A stretch of 64,000 bases of DNA from Klebsormidium nitens. Taxonomy: Eukaryota > Plantae > Klebsormidiophyceae. The notes below the pieces were generated by a model, which saw only the letters and a program-made list of their open reading frames with translations, was not told where the DNA came from and did not search any database. A program made the translations under genes and the position numbers. Shown in pieces: positions 22,663 to 34,600 of this stretch (the first letter of the stretch is position 1; every line of letters starts with the position of its first letter). The stretch spans positions 62,001 to 126,000 of the forward strand of contig DF237121.1 in the NCBI GenBank assembly GCA_000708835.1, given 5' to 3'.

Positions 22663-25600
22663 ATGCCAGGGCGGGCGGGTAAAGTCAAGGGCAGCAAGCA
22701 GAGATTGGAGAAGAAGGAGAGGAAGGAAAAGAGTGAGTGCCTGGGTGGGAATGAGCCTTTTGACTGCCTGCATTGTGCTGTGATACGATCCATTTGTCTG
22801 CATTGGCTGTGCATGTTCGTGGCGCCACATAGTGTTCTTGTGCAGTAGCATTGAAGAAAAGTGCATGCCTCCAAACCTTAGTACCAATGCTTTCATAGTT
22901 TGTCAGTCGGCGTCTCATCAGTGTTTCTGTTATTGGATTGGACCCATGCCTGATTGAAGGCCTTGAGCCCTTGAAAACAAGGAAGATGGAGTAGCTTGCA
23001 GAGGTGATCAGACTCATAGGAATTCTCGCTCGCTTGTCCTGCTCAACGGGACACAATTGGGAACCACCAGACCTTGCCCTGCAATTTGAAGCCATTTCTT
23101 CTGTTTAGGCTTTGGGTTTAAATGAAGGACCATTGTGGTAAGGGGAATGACGCCGGTTTTTAGCAGGCTCTTTGAGCGCCTCTGTTTCCGTGCCTACACT
23201 GAAGTCGTGAGTCTGCCGAGAATTGCCTGATTGTCGTTCTTACCCTTGTTGCTCGCACAATATTGTCCTGCCCTTTTATAGATTTAATTTGAAAAGTAGC
23301 TGCCTTCTTATAATATCAGAGCTTGAGGCTCACTGCTCTGCTCCCTTCTTTACTGATTTGGCATTGCCCCAAATATGTGGCCTTCATCGTCCAGTCTAAG
23401 ATTACTGTTTCTATTGTTGGCTGTTTCTATGGCAGAAAGTTGAAAAAAATCTTTGCCAGGTCAAGTGAGACAGTGACCTTGCGCCACTCCTTGACACACT
23501 GGCCCTTTCTTGAACAGCTTTTGTCGTCGCTTGTAAAGCGATACCCTCGGCTCCTCGCCAAAGATGATTGCCTTGAGGGTTGGCCTGCTGGTCAATGCTG
23601 AAATACAGGCAGCATTCGTGGTATCCCGTCAGACTGGATTATGTTATCAGTAGCATAGCGCTCTCAGTAATTTTGCAGTGCAGAATGAAGGCCCAACGCG
23701 ACCTTGGATTCTGATCACTGCGCCTCAACGTCGAAGGTTCGGGCTGCTATCATGTCTCCTCTGGGTGGCGAACTGGAGTCCGTTCAGTTTTTCTGTTCAA
23801 ATATCTGACCTGTGTCGACACGACCTCAACCGTTCTCCGCTTGGCGAGTTGCCTGGATCTCACAACCAAGTCTCCTCGCTGTAGTACTTCTTCAGCACGG
23901 TCTCTGGGAGATTAAGTGAGAAGGATAATCTTTCTCTTGACCTCATTCGCAGAATGCTCTTGTCATTGTCTTGACGGATGTTGGTAACACAGGAGCTTGT
24001 TCTCAGTGTACAACTATAATGTTGTCCTTGGAAACATGTTTTCTTCAAAACCGTCAGCAGCTCCTGCAAATGAAAAAGCCTTCGGAGTCCTGTCATGAGA
24101 GTTCGGATTGTTCAAGAGTTGCTAGAGTGGAGACACGGCTTTCCGACTCGATCATGGACTAGCCTGGTATCCTGAATACATTTTTTGTCTGCGAGAACCT
24201 CCTTGCTTCCAATACCCCAAGAGTTGGCCATACGTGGGGACTCCAGCAAGCACGTATCAAGACACTGTTCCAAAGCGTGCTGAAGCTTTTCGCATTTCTC
24301 CTTGGTTTTTGTGCAGCAAACAGGCCCTTTGCTGTCGCCTCATATCTGCTGTGTCACATCTATTTCTGCCCCTTTGCCAGTGCTTGAAAACGAGCCAAGT
24401 TTTTGAGTTTTTCTTTTATAATCTGTTCACGGAGAGTCTTCTCCTTCGCAATGCTGAGACATGTCTATGCGTTCTTGATTGTTTTTTTCATGTCTGAACT
24501 GGTATAGTGAAGATCTATTAAAAACATAAGTCACTTTTTAGGCATCGTGTTTCTTTCTTTGACACTTTTTGGATAGAAAGCTTTCAGCATTGCCTCAGAT
24601 GGACAGTGTGTAGCTCCTTAAATCCACTGCCGTGTGTCTGGCATTGATCAATTCAATGTGCCGCTGGACCCCTTGTGTATGAATCTTGGACTCTTTCAAC
24701 CCTTGCTTTACTGCACACGTGTGCTTCAGTTGAGAGGGCAGGCCATGTCCGAAAGAAGGAGCAAAACAGGCGGGAAGGGGAATGAAGAAACAACGGATTC
24801 AAGGGCAGAAAGTGTTCGGAGATAGAAAGATAACAGGAGACAGAGGGAGTACTTGTGTCTTGAGGAGCCGTACTAATGCTGTAGGCTGGCTTTTCTGTAG
24901 TTCCCCCGGTTGTGGTGCCAATCATTGTCAACACCCCGGATGGCCGCCAAGTCGAGCTCAAGGTAAACTAGTCAATACCCTTTGCTTTTCTTTTGCAAGT
25001 CATTTCGGCTTCAAAAAGGTCACCTCATATCCAGACATTACTCTTGACTTTTGAGAAGCTCTCCGTTCCCAAGGAGATTGTGTAGTGTCGAACGTGTAAC
25101 AAGCCACTATGTTGGGAACAAGAGTGGGAAAAAGGTCGGGGAACCTGAAGGCGCCAGCATTGTTTAGGGTCTGGACAGCCTGCTGAATCACTCGCGAGAG
25201 AAATTGCTGGAATTTTGTTTCTGATGCATCCTCACTTAAAATTGCTGTCATCCAGCCAAACTTGAGGAGGGGCAGCAACATGGGTTTGGAGTTCTGAAGA
25301 AATGGTCAACCACTTCACATGTGTGGAAGCTACTGTGGTTTAGCACTCAAGCGTACCACTCAGCTGGCATAGAACAGGATACATCCCGGCAGTAACAGAA
25401 ATGCGTGGAAGTAAAAGAGATGCCGCGCCACAGAAGTGGTCAGTAATGGTCACTCTCAGATTGGCAGGGCATGTCTTTGAGCCTGCACTGTTCTTGCAAA
25501 CAGCGGTATATTGATGTTCAGAAGTGCCAGAAAACCACCTTTGTAACCCGAAGTGCGTGCCTTCGCAGGGCATCTCAACGGACGTTCTCTTGGATGTGCG

Positions 25601-28600
25601 GCACTACCTGATCCAGCACGTTGACACCACACACCTGACGAACTACTCCTTCAGCCATGAGGTGCGTCTCGGTGTTACAAAAGCACCACACATCCGTGAT
25701 TTCGAAACAACCTGCAATGTCACTCGTTTGAAGCAGAACCACGACCGAGTGCCCCTTTCTTGTGGTCTGGTGTCTGATCGGACTCGTTTTGAAGTATGAG
25801 ATCCAAAAGCGGTGGATCTGTCGCTTCAATGCAGGTCAAGAGCCAACCATTCGTAACTGATTGCAGTGACTGTTCCTGGCTTCTTTCGTGGCTTTTCCAA
25901 CTTAGGATGCTTGCAAGGTGGTCCTTGCGTCTAATGTTCCATTGATGCCTGAAGACATCTGTTAACAGTTGCATTCCAGGACCACTTGTGTCGAGGTGCA
26001 GACGCAGAAAGGAACAGGATGGTTTCGGGGTAGTTCAAACGTCCCTTTTCCTGAAGTTTGCACTGTTTCAGCGGAATTTTTTGCAATGTCCTTCGTGCAG
26101 ATCCGTGGAGATAAGCTTCCAGATACGCTGGAGCTTTCGGCTCTGCGGCCGTGTGTGCTGGATATGGTCGAAGGTTAGCCGCGAACCAGACTTCTCCGTT
26201 CAGTTTTTCCCGCGCATAATGAGACAGAGGCTGGGTTTGTTGGCATGCTCATCCGTTGACGTGTAGGAGCTTATTCTTGGTGGCGTATTCTCGTAGGAGT
26301 GTGTTTCATGAGGTCGTGGAATCTAGGATCAGAGTCGAAGAAAGAATTTGGGAAGTGCAATGCTTACTCTAAAACTCGATCTAGCTGGGCCAGATTGTGT
26401 CTTATTGCACTCGACAGTACTTGCCTCTTCTTTCAGAACAAAGGCTCGCGCCAGCTTCTGAACGCTTTGTTCGACACGGATACACCAAGAAGAACAGAAG
26501 AAGAGCAGCCTTCTGGCACTTTTGCAAGCATATCTGTTAACATCAGAGACAGAGTCTCTTGTCCCACCCTCTGATATTTTGTACCGTTGCGTCTGCCATA
26601 CCAATTGCAACCTGTTGTTGGCTGAATCTTAGAATTCACTTGGACACTCTGTTCTGCAGAGGAGTACACCGAAAAGCAGGCGGTTGCGCACGTCCGTCGG
26701 CTTCTGGACATTGTAGCCTGCACCACCGCATTTGGACCGTCCGGTCAGCAGAAGAAAGTCTCTTCTTCGGACGAGCCGAAAGGGAGCGACGCCCCGACGG
26801 GAACGTCAAACGGAGCCGCTAGTGGCTCCCATAATGGGTTGATTGAAAGGGCGAGCAGTGGGGTTAATGGGACGGTCGAGGGAGCGGTTGACGGGGTTGA
26901 AAGTGTTGAAAATGGGGGTTTCTTAGCGAAAGAAACGGGTGGGGCTTCGGAGGAAGAGGGGGACGCGAGCGCTGCTGCGAGCGGGACGATTGATGAGGAA
27001 CCGCCGAAGGAGAACGGCCATGTTGTGCCCAAGGGTTTGGGCTTCGGCCTGGGCTCGAGCGCCCGCAAAAAGGCCGAGAACGGGGTTTCGGAGGCCGGGT
27101 CAGCTGCTAACCCGGAGGAGAAAGCGGGGAATGAGGCAGGTTCGGGGGATCTGGAGGGAAAAGCGGTTAAAGACCTAGCGAACGGGTTGGTTAAGTCTGG
27201 AGGAAAAGCGAAGCTAAAGGGGAAAGGAGACGCGATGAAGGCAATGGCTGCGGCAGAGGCAGCGGTGAAACGGGGTGACCGGGAAGGGATGTACCCCATC
27301 CCGACACTGGGGACGTTCTACGAGTTCCTGTCGATGGCGCACTTGCAGTCGCCGCTCCAGTGTAAGTGCATTTTGGAAACCTATGTCGCGGTGTGGAATA
27401 AGATGTGGAGTACTGCGTTTCAGTGCTCCCCAAGTGGGCCGTGCGTGCTGTGTAAGACTCGATGGAAGAGACCCTTTCGGTCTCGCTGGCATGGTCGAGG
27501 TCACGTAAGAAGAAGGGCGTAGGCTAAGGGCAGCTCATGCCAGTCCGGACGGTTTGTCTGTTTGTACCGTCTTTGGCTGTACTGCAATATTTCTGCAGCG
27601 GAGGTTACTGTATTGTGGAAGGTCGATTTGATTGAGAAACGAAATGTCTTTGCGTTTATGTCCGCTTAGAGTCGATGTTCAGGGTGAGGTGAATGCTCTC
27701 AGAAGCCCGCGGGTCTGAGTCGAATGAGGAGGAAGGAGGGAAAGGATCGCGTCGTTGCCTTGTCCAAGTAGATTTTGTTAGCTTCAGTTGCTGCCATCAG
27801 TCGCAATAAAGGCTGTTCTGAGAGGCCAGCTCGAGAGAAGAAAAGACAATGAATTCACACCGCTCTCAAGTAACACTCAGGCTTCGTTCCGTATCTCGAG
27901 TAACACTTTTGCTCTGCTCCGTTTGTCAATCAAGTAATCGTTTCTCACCGGATCGTCTAGGATCGAATCAAGTTGTTTGGTACGGCGCTTCTCAGCAGTG
28001 GAGGCGTCGCATGGGTTGCGTGTCAACGTCCTTTTGCTTACTTTGCCTATCCCCTCCATTGCAGCAATCAAGCGGTCGGCCAAGCAGCCATCTTCAGAGG
28101 ATCGATCAGAGGGCAACTACTTTTCCATCGATGTAAGCATATCAGCAGAAGGGTCCGTTTATAAGAATCAGGGCTCCGCTTTCCCATTTTCGGAGATAAA
28201 GCTAGAATCGAAGTCGTACAAAACTCGCACCCTTGCAAAACCTTTTGCTGTGGAGGAGTCGCATAGCTGCAACAAGATGGTTCTGTTCATTTGAACACTG
28301 TAGCTGCCTCAACCTAGTTCTTTTGTGGGGAAGCAGGTTCTGGGTGATGTCTAGACACTCATTCCCTTTGGCATCCCGCCTCTCATAAAGGCTCTGATCA
28401 CCATTGTTGTGCTGCAAGTCGACTCTGTACTGCTTTGGCGAGTGTTCTTCTTTACGACAGCCTACTGTTACCTTCCATGCCCGCAAGTGTGCTTATTTGT
28501 ATATACAGACAGCGTTTAAGTCTGGGCTTTCCTTCTGGCCCTCCTTCGCGACCAGCGATCAAAGCAAAAACCGGTTTGTTACTGCTTGTTAAGCCTCTGT

Positions 28601-31600
28601 ATCACCTCAGCAACGGTTGAGTCGCCTACAAAGACTGGGGCCCCTGGGGGCCTTGGACGGGATGTGTTCGTTAATCGGGGGTTGTTTTCGGGCTCTCAGT
28701 CTGATTCTGGCTTCCTTGGTGAACGTGTTGAAGGCAGGCAGTCGCTGCCTCTGACGACTTCACCACTGAATTCTGACGCACACAGTGATTCGCTTGCAGG
28801 TTCGCCTGTGCAACGGCAAGCTGGTGACAGTCACTGCTTCTCGCACTGGGTTCTACCCGGTTGGGAAGCCGTCAGCAGCGGAGCACGAACTCCTGGACGT
28901 CTTAAGAAAGCAGAGCGGGGCCTTTACACAGGTGGGGCTTCAAGACCAGAAGCGATCTTCCTACAAACAAGAAGGGCATGCTTTTGTGGACTGCTTTCTT
29001 CTTGGTCAATCAATCGCGGTCGTCTGCTGATCTGGCAAGAACTCTGGCCCGAATCGTTCTTTTCAGACTGATTCAGGTCCCTGTAAAACACCTTCGAGCG
29101 AACTCTGTTCCTGTCGTCGTGCTGTGCTGACGTTGTCCATTGTATTTCTTTCTTAATATTTCGTGCCAACAAGCGCACAGAGTTGTTCGTTTTAAGTACC
29201 TCGTTCTCCAAGCTATCATTGGGCCGTGAATATCATGATGAACGCCGAGATTGAGATGATGGGTGAGCTGATGCAATCGCTTCAGGCCACTTCTTGCAGA
29301 ATCTTTTGAGCTTTTGTACCCAGCCTTTCGTCGCTACTGCTTTTTAAACCTTGCGTACTCTTTTCAGGCCTATGACGACCTCATCCAGGGCTTCTTGGAT
29401 CGCAACCAGTTCGGCAACATCCCCACCGGCTTCCGGGCCAATACCTTCGTCGTGCCCCCCCCATTCGCGCAAAACCCGTCGAACCCTCAGGAGCTACCTG
29501 TGGAGGACGAGCAGTGGGGCGGTAACGGTGGCGGAGGGGGGCTGGAGGAACTAGAGCGGGATCGTCCGTGGAAGGCCCTGTTCAAGAGGCTGCAGGGGGT
29601 GCCGTGCGGGACTCCGGAGGAGCGGATCGTGCGGGACAGAAAGGCTTTTCTGCTGCACAAGTGAGCCGATTTTTCTCTGTGCATCTGGGCCGAGTGTTCT
29701 ACAACCCGATTCTGTTCTTTGCTTGAGAATAATGGTAGAAGATTTGGCATCCTCACCCGCTGACAACCGTGTTGCTTGGTTGAGAGGTCCTCTCCGGAAC
29801 TGATTGCGGTTATCTGATCCCTTAAAAGTCTCTTCTGGGAGGCCGTGCTAGGAGTCAACATGGGAAGGATATTGGAAGTTCTATAGGACAGAAAAGTTGG
29901 GGCCGTGTTGCCCGAGGTCGTAGGGCTTCTTTCCTTTGCGATCAGGGGTTGGACCCATCAACCAGTAGAGCGCCAGAAAAGAACGGCTCGAAAGCTACTT
30001 GTTTTCTTTGTAAAACCGATCTCTCAGCCCCTCTTGCCGGTTTTTTACAAGGCATGTCAGCACGATTTTGGGCTTTCTTTGCCCAGTCTTCGGAGGGCGT
30101 GGTATTGATGTCATTGCAGCGGAAGCTTTTGCTCCACGTCGGCTTCAAGATCTACTTTCCTGCGATCCTTAGCACCTGCTTTGCGAAACTTGACTTTCTC
30201 GGCTTCTTGAGCGACCATTTTTGCTACGAGCTCCTCCCATCTTTTGAAGGAAAGTGCCCTCGTGAAACTGTCTCAGTGGACGATTCCAACATCTGACGCA
30301 CATCGTTTCTTAAGCAGCGAATTGGTGCGTAAGTTTTGACCCGAGACAGTAATCACGTACTAAACTCTGTTCACTTCGATCATCTTCTCTGTATCTTCCC
30401 ACTTTTCTGCGGTGTCTGCGCACTGAAAAAGCCCCTTCTCTGCGTTGCAGCCTTTTCGTCGATGTCGCCATTCGGACCGCGATCGACGTCGTCCGAGGAA
30501 TGACCATCCCTTATGAAACATCCGGTCCGTACATCAACGGCTTCGAGACCCTTCACGAGACGGAGCGCTCCAACCTCCGGGTCACCGTCAAAAAGGAGGC
30601 CCCCTTGCCCGGCGGTAAGCGCGGCGTCAGCAACAGCGGGCCTTTTGTTGTAGTTCCAAACGGCGCTGACGTCACCGACGACATCGTAAAAACGCTCCGG
30701 CCCCTGGACGACTTCGCTACGGCTGACACAGTTGCGAAAGATGTGTTGGATCGGAAGAACGTGCTGAAGGGTTTAGTAGCGGACGAGAGCACCGCGCTGG
30801 CGGACCTCCCGACGCTTGGCATGGTTACGGTTTACTACCAGGGGTTAACCGTGGTGGTTCATGCCGAGGGGGATCCCTCCACGGACGAAGAACTAGATGC
30901 GGGGCTGGAGGTGGAGCAGCTTGACGGGGGTGAGAACGCGCTCAATGTGAATAGTCTCCGGGTGCTCTTGCACCGCGCCGGGGGAGAGAAGACCGAGGGG
31001 GAGGATAAGCAGTCGGACGCTGATAAGCTATTGGCGGCGGTTTTGGAGAAGGGTCAGGGGGAACTAGAGCGGGGGGATCAGAGCAAGGAGCCGGTGTTGA
31101 GGTGGGAGCTTGGGGCGTGCTGGATTCAGCATTTGCAGGACGAAAAGAAGAAGCAGGAAGAAGAGGCGAAGAAGGCGGCGGAGGAAAAGGAGGCTCGGGT
31201 GGCGAACGGTGAAGTTGCAGAGACGGCAGTGGAGCTGGTGCATGTCGGGGAGAGGAAGGTAAGGGCTGGAAAACGAGCAAATCTCGACTTTCTTCCGATA
31301 GGCTCTCCTTCCATCGTTCTGGAACTATTCCCCGTGTGTATCTTTTAGTGTATAAAGGTATTCGGGGTATTTGAGAACAGCTTGTAGCAGATTTTCCCAC
31401 CCGTTTTGAGCCGCTTGCAAGACTTGAGTGCTTGAATCTACTCGTATTCTCGAGCGTGCTGAACATGGGCATCAGCATTTTGTTCGAACGGGGCCAGTTT
31501 GAAGGCTGATTTCCAGAGCGAGAAAGTGAGAACATTCGAGTATCCAGAGTCTGCCGATAAGGAAGCCTGTATTCCCCCAACTCTATGTTCCCTTGTGCCA

Positions 31601-34600
31601 GACTATTGAAGCTTGTCTCGTCCTCTCGAAGTGACGAGAACGTCAACTGCCTACACGCAAGGAGGGAAGGGAAGAAATGGGCTTGGAAGTCGGGAAGTCT
31701 TGATGATACCTTGGGTTTCCCTTTTTCGCTGACAGGGTTTCAAAGTTGCTGCCCGCCCGCTCTGTATGAACAAGAAACATAATCGACTGTGTGTGGGACG
31801 GGAAGGGTCGAAAAGCCCCTGAAAATTTTCAAGTCTCTAGTTGATGTCAGAACTCAGACTAGCTTTTCTCGACACGGTATCGAGGTTGAAGCCCGCCAAC
31901 TTCGTAAGGACGAGGACGTTGTCAAACCTGCTGAATCGAAGGAGGAGAGAAAGGAAGGTGGCTGCAAATCTCCAATTATTGTCCATAGCCCAGATTCGTT
32001 CTCTCACGTTTCTTGGTGACGTTCTTCAGCCATTTGGTTATTCTTCTTGACGACAGGGTTCAAACTTGAAGCCCGTCTCTTGCAGAACGACGAGAACGTG
32101 AAGCCAGTCGGGTCGAAGGAGGAAACGGAGGATGAGCCAAGTCGTCAGGACGGAGACAAGAACCGCATATGACCAATAAAAAGACCACTTTTCTGACCAT
32201 TTCCCTAATCCTTACGCCTCTTCTTCGTGGTGACAGGGTTTCAAAGTCGAAGCCCGTCCGTTGCGGAAGGACGAGGACGTCAAACCGGCTGAGTCGAAGG
32301 AGGAGACGGAGGGAGAGCGCGAGCAAAGGGAAAAGAACGAGGCGGCGCTTCAGGCACTGCTGAATGACGTGGCCTGGAAGAAAGTGGTGGACTCCAAGAC
32401 GGGCCTGCACGGCAAGGTGAGCTGTCACTGGCCACTTCAACTCCGTGGTGAGAAGATGTAGGGGTTTCTTAGGGTTCTAGGGCTATGCAGCAATAATGGA
32501 AAAAAGTAGAGCTTATGCAAGGAGTTGATGGTTCCCGAGCTTTGTCTAGGCGTTCCTTCTCGACGTCTTTTAAAGTAATGGTCGCTTGTTCCAAGCACTC
32601 ACTCCAATGAAACCCACGAGTTGGGTTCCCGGAACCGAATTCCAATGAAAGCTGCTGTGGCAAACACTCGCTTCCACACTTGAAAGCCACTGCCGCAAAA
32701 GGTTTCCGCTCTCGTACGAAACCCGGGCTTTTAAGGATAGCCTGGAACAGAAAGTGTCAGCCCCAGTATTTGTTTCGCAGTCCGTTGACGAGCTTCTCGT
32801 TGGCCCCCGCACCTTCCAGGACGAGGTCGCCCTTCTGAAGCTCATTGCCGACTTTGCCTGGAGCTGTCCCCCGCGGATATTGATCAAAAAAACATGGTCA
32901 AGCCTTTTCTACTGGTGGTGAAGGCTAATTTCGATGCTTAGGTGACCAGGAATCAAAGGGAAACTACTTATCCTCGAGTCTTTTGTCTCAGTCAGTCGGT
33001 CGACGAGCCTTTTGCTGGCGCCAGCACCTTCCGTGGCGAGGTCGCCCTTCCCACGCGCATCGCCTAGTCCTCCTCGCCTAGAAGATTCCCCGCGAAACAT
33101 TCGTTAAGGAGACTCGGTGAAGGGTTTCTTTTGTCAGTAGCTTAAGGGCTATTTCAACGCTTACCTGATCAAGATTCAAGGGAAAATCTTTCATACCAAA
33201 GACTTTCTTCTGCAGTCGGTAGACGATCTTCTCGCCGGCGCCCGCACCTTCCGCGACGAGGTCGCCCTTCCGAAGCTCATTGCGGACTTCGCTTCCCTGG
33301 AGCTGTCCCCGGTTGACGGCCGCACGCTGACAGATTTCATGCACACGCGCGGGCTCAACATGAACCAACTGGGCCAGCTGGCAAGGAAAGCGGACGAGTT
33401 GCCGCACATCAAGGAGATGTGCATTATGGAGATGGAGACCCGCGCATTCAAGCGCATCCTCAAGTAAGCGGTCGGGGTTGGGTCGAGTCGAGATAGCGTG
33501 CTGACGTCAGATGGAGTGAGTCTGCTTGCTTGGATGCCCGAGCCAGTTGTAACTACGCCTTCTCTCAGCTGAGACGGAGCGTGGTAACGCATGTCGTTTC
33601 GTGGGTTGAATTCTCGTTGGCCTTCGGTTCTCTTGAGAATTGCACATCAGCAGGTCGAGGCGTCTTACTGAACACACGTCTCCATTCAGAGAGGCTTTAT
33701 CTAATACCTCCCCAATGAACAGTCGCTGGCTTACATTGCCCCTCCAGTTTTCGTAACCTGGTGGCCACTTTACTCCCAGACTTCCGTCATCCAACCAACA
33801 CAAGTAACCAGTCGCATCCTCGTTTCTACTTCCTCGAAAACCAAACGGTACCTTTGAACGCCGAACTTCCGATATCTCACTTCCCTTCCGAAAGGTCAAA
33901 TGAGAAACGTGAATCCCTGAGATTCAAAGGAACCGAGTCCTGATTCCAAATCTTGAAGTTCCTTTTGTTTCCAGGGCCGTCATGGCCGCGTTTCTTCTCT
34001 CCGAGCCTCCGGCCTGGCGTCTTGCCGCTGACGTCCAATCTTGACCCTCATCCGAACCCCAAATTTTAAACCCGGAACCCCTCCCTCTTAAGGGCCGCCG
34101 TGGCCGCCTGTCCAAAGGTTTCCCTCCGCGACGCCGTCCTGGCGTCTCGTTGCTGACGTCCAAAAACAGCCCTCATCCGAGCCCAGAATTTAAAACTGAA
34201 ACCCCTCCCTCTCCAGGGGCGACGTGGCCGCTTGTCCGAAGTTTTTGCTCCTTGCCTCCGTCCTAGCGTCCAAAATGTTAACTGTAACCCTCGTCCTAAC
34301 CTCAAGTCGTGGTATCTAACTCCCCTTTTCTCTCCAGGGCCGCCGTGGCCGCCTGTCCGAAGTTCTCCCTCCTCGCCTCCGTCCTGGCATCCGGGCTGAG
34401 CGCCTTCTTGGGCGAGGGCCCTCTAGCTGCTGACACGTGGCAGTGGGTCAAGAAGTTCGTCGAGTTGCATTACGGTTACAAGCTTCCCGAGAACGCCCGC
34501 AGCAGGCTGCGCAAGCTGGAGGTTTTGCGAGGGTTGTGCCACAAGGTGAGGGTTTCACAGTTTGCCATTCTGGCTACTTTTGCGGGTTCAGGGTGGCTAC

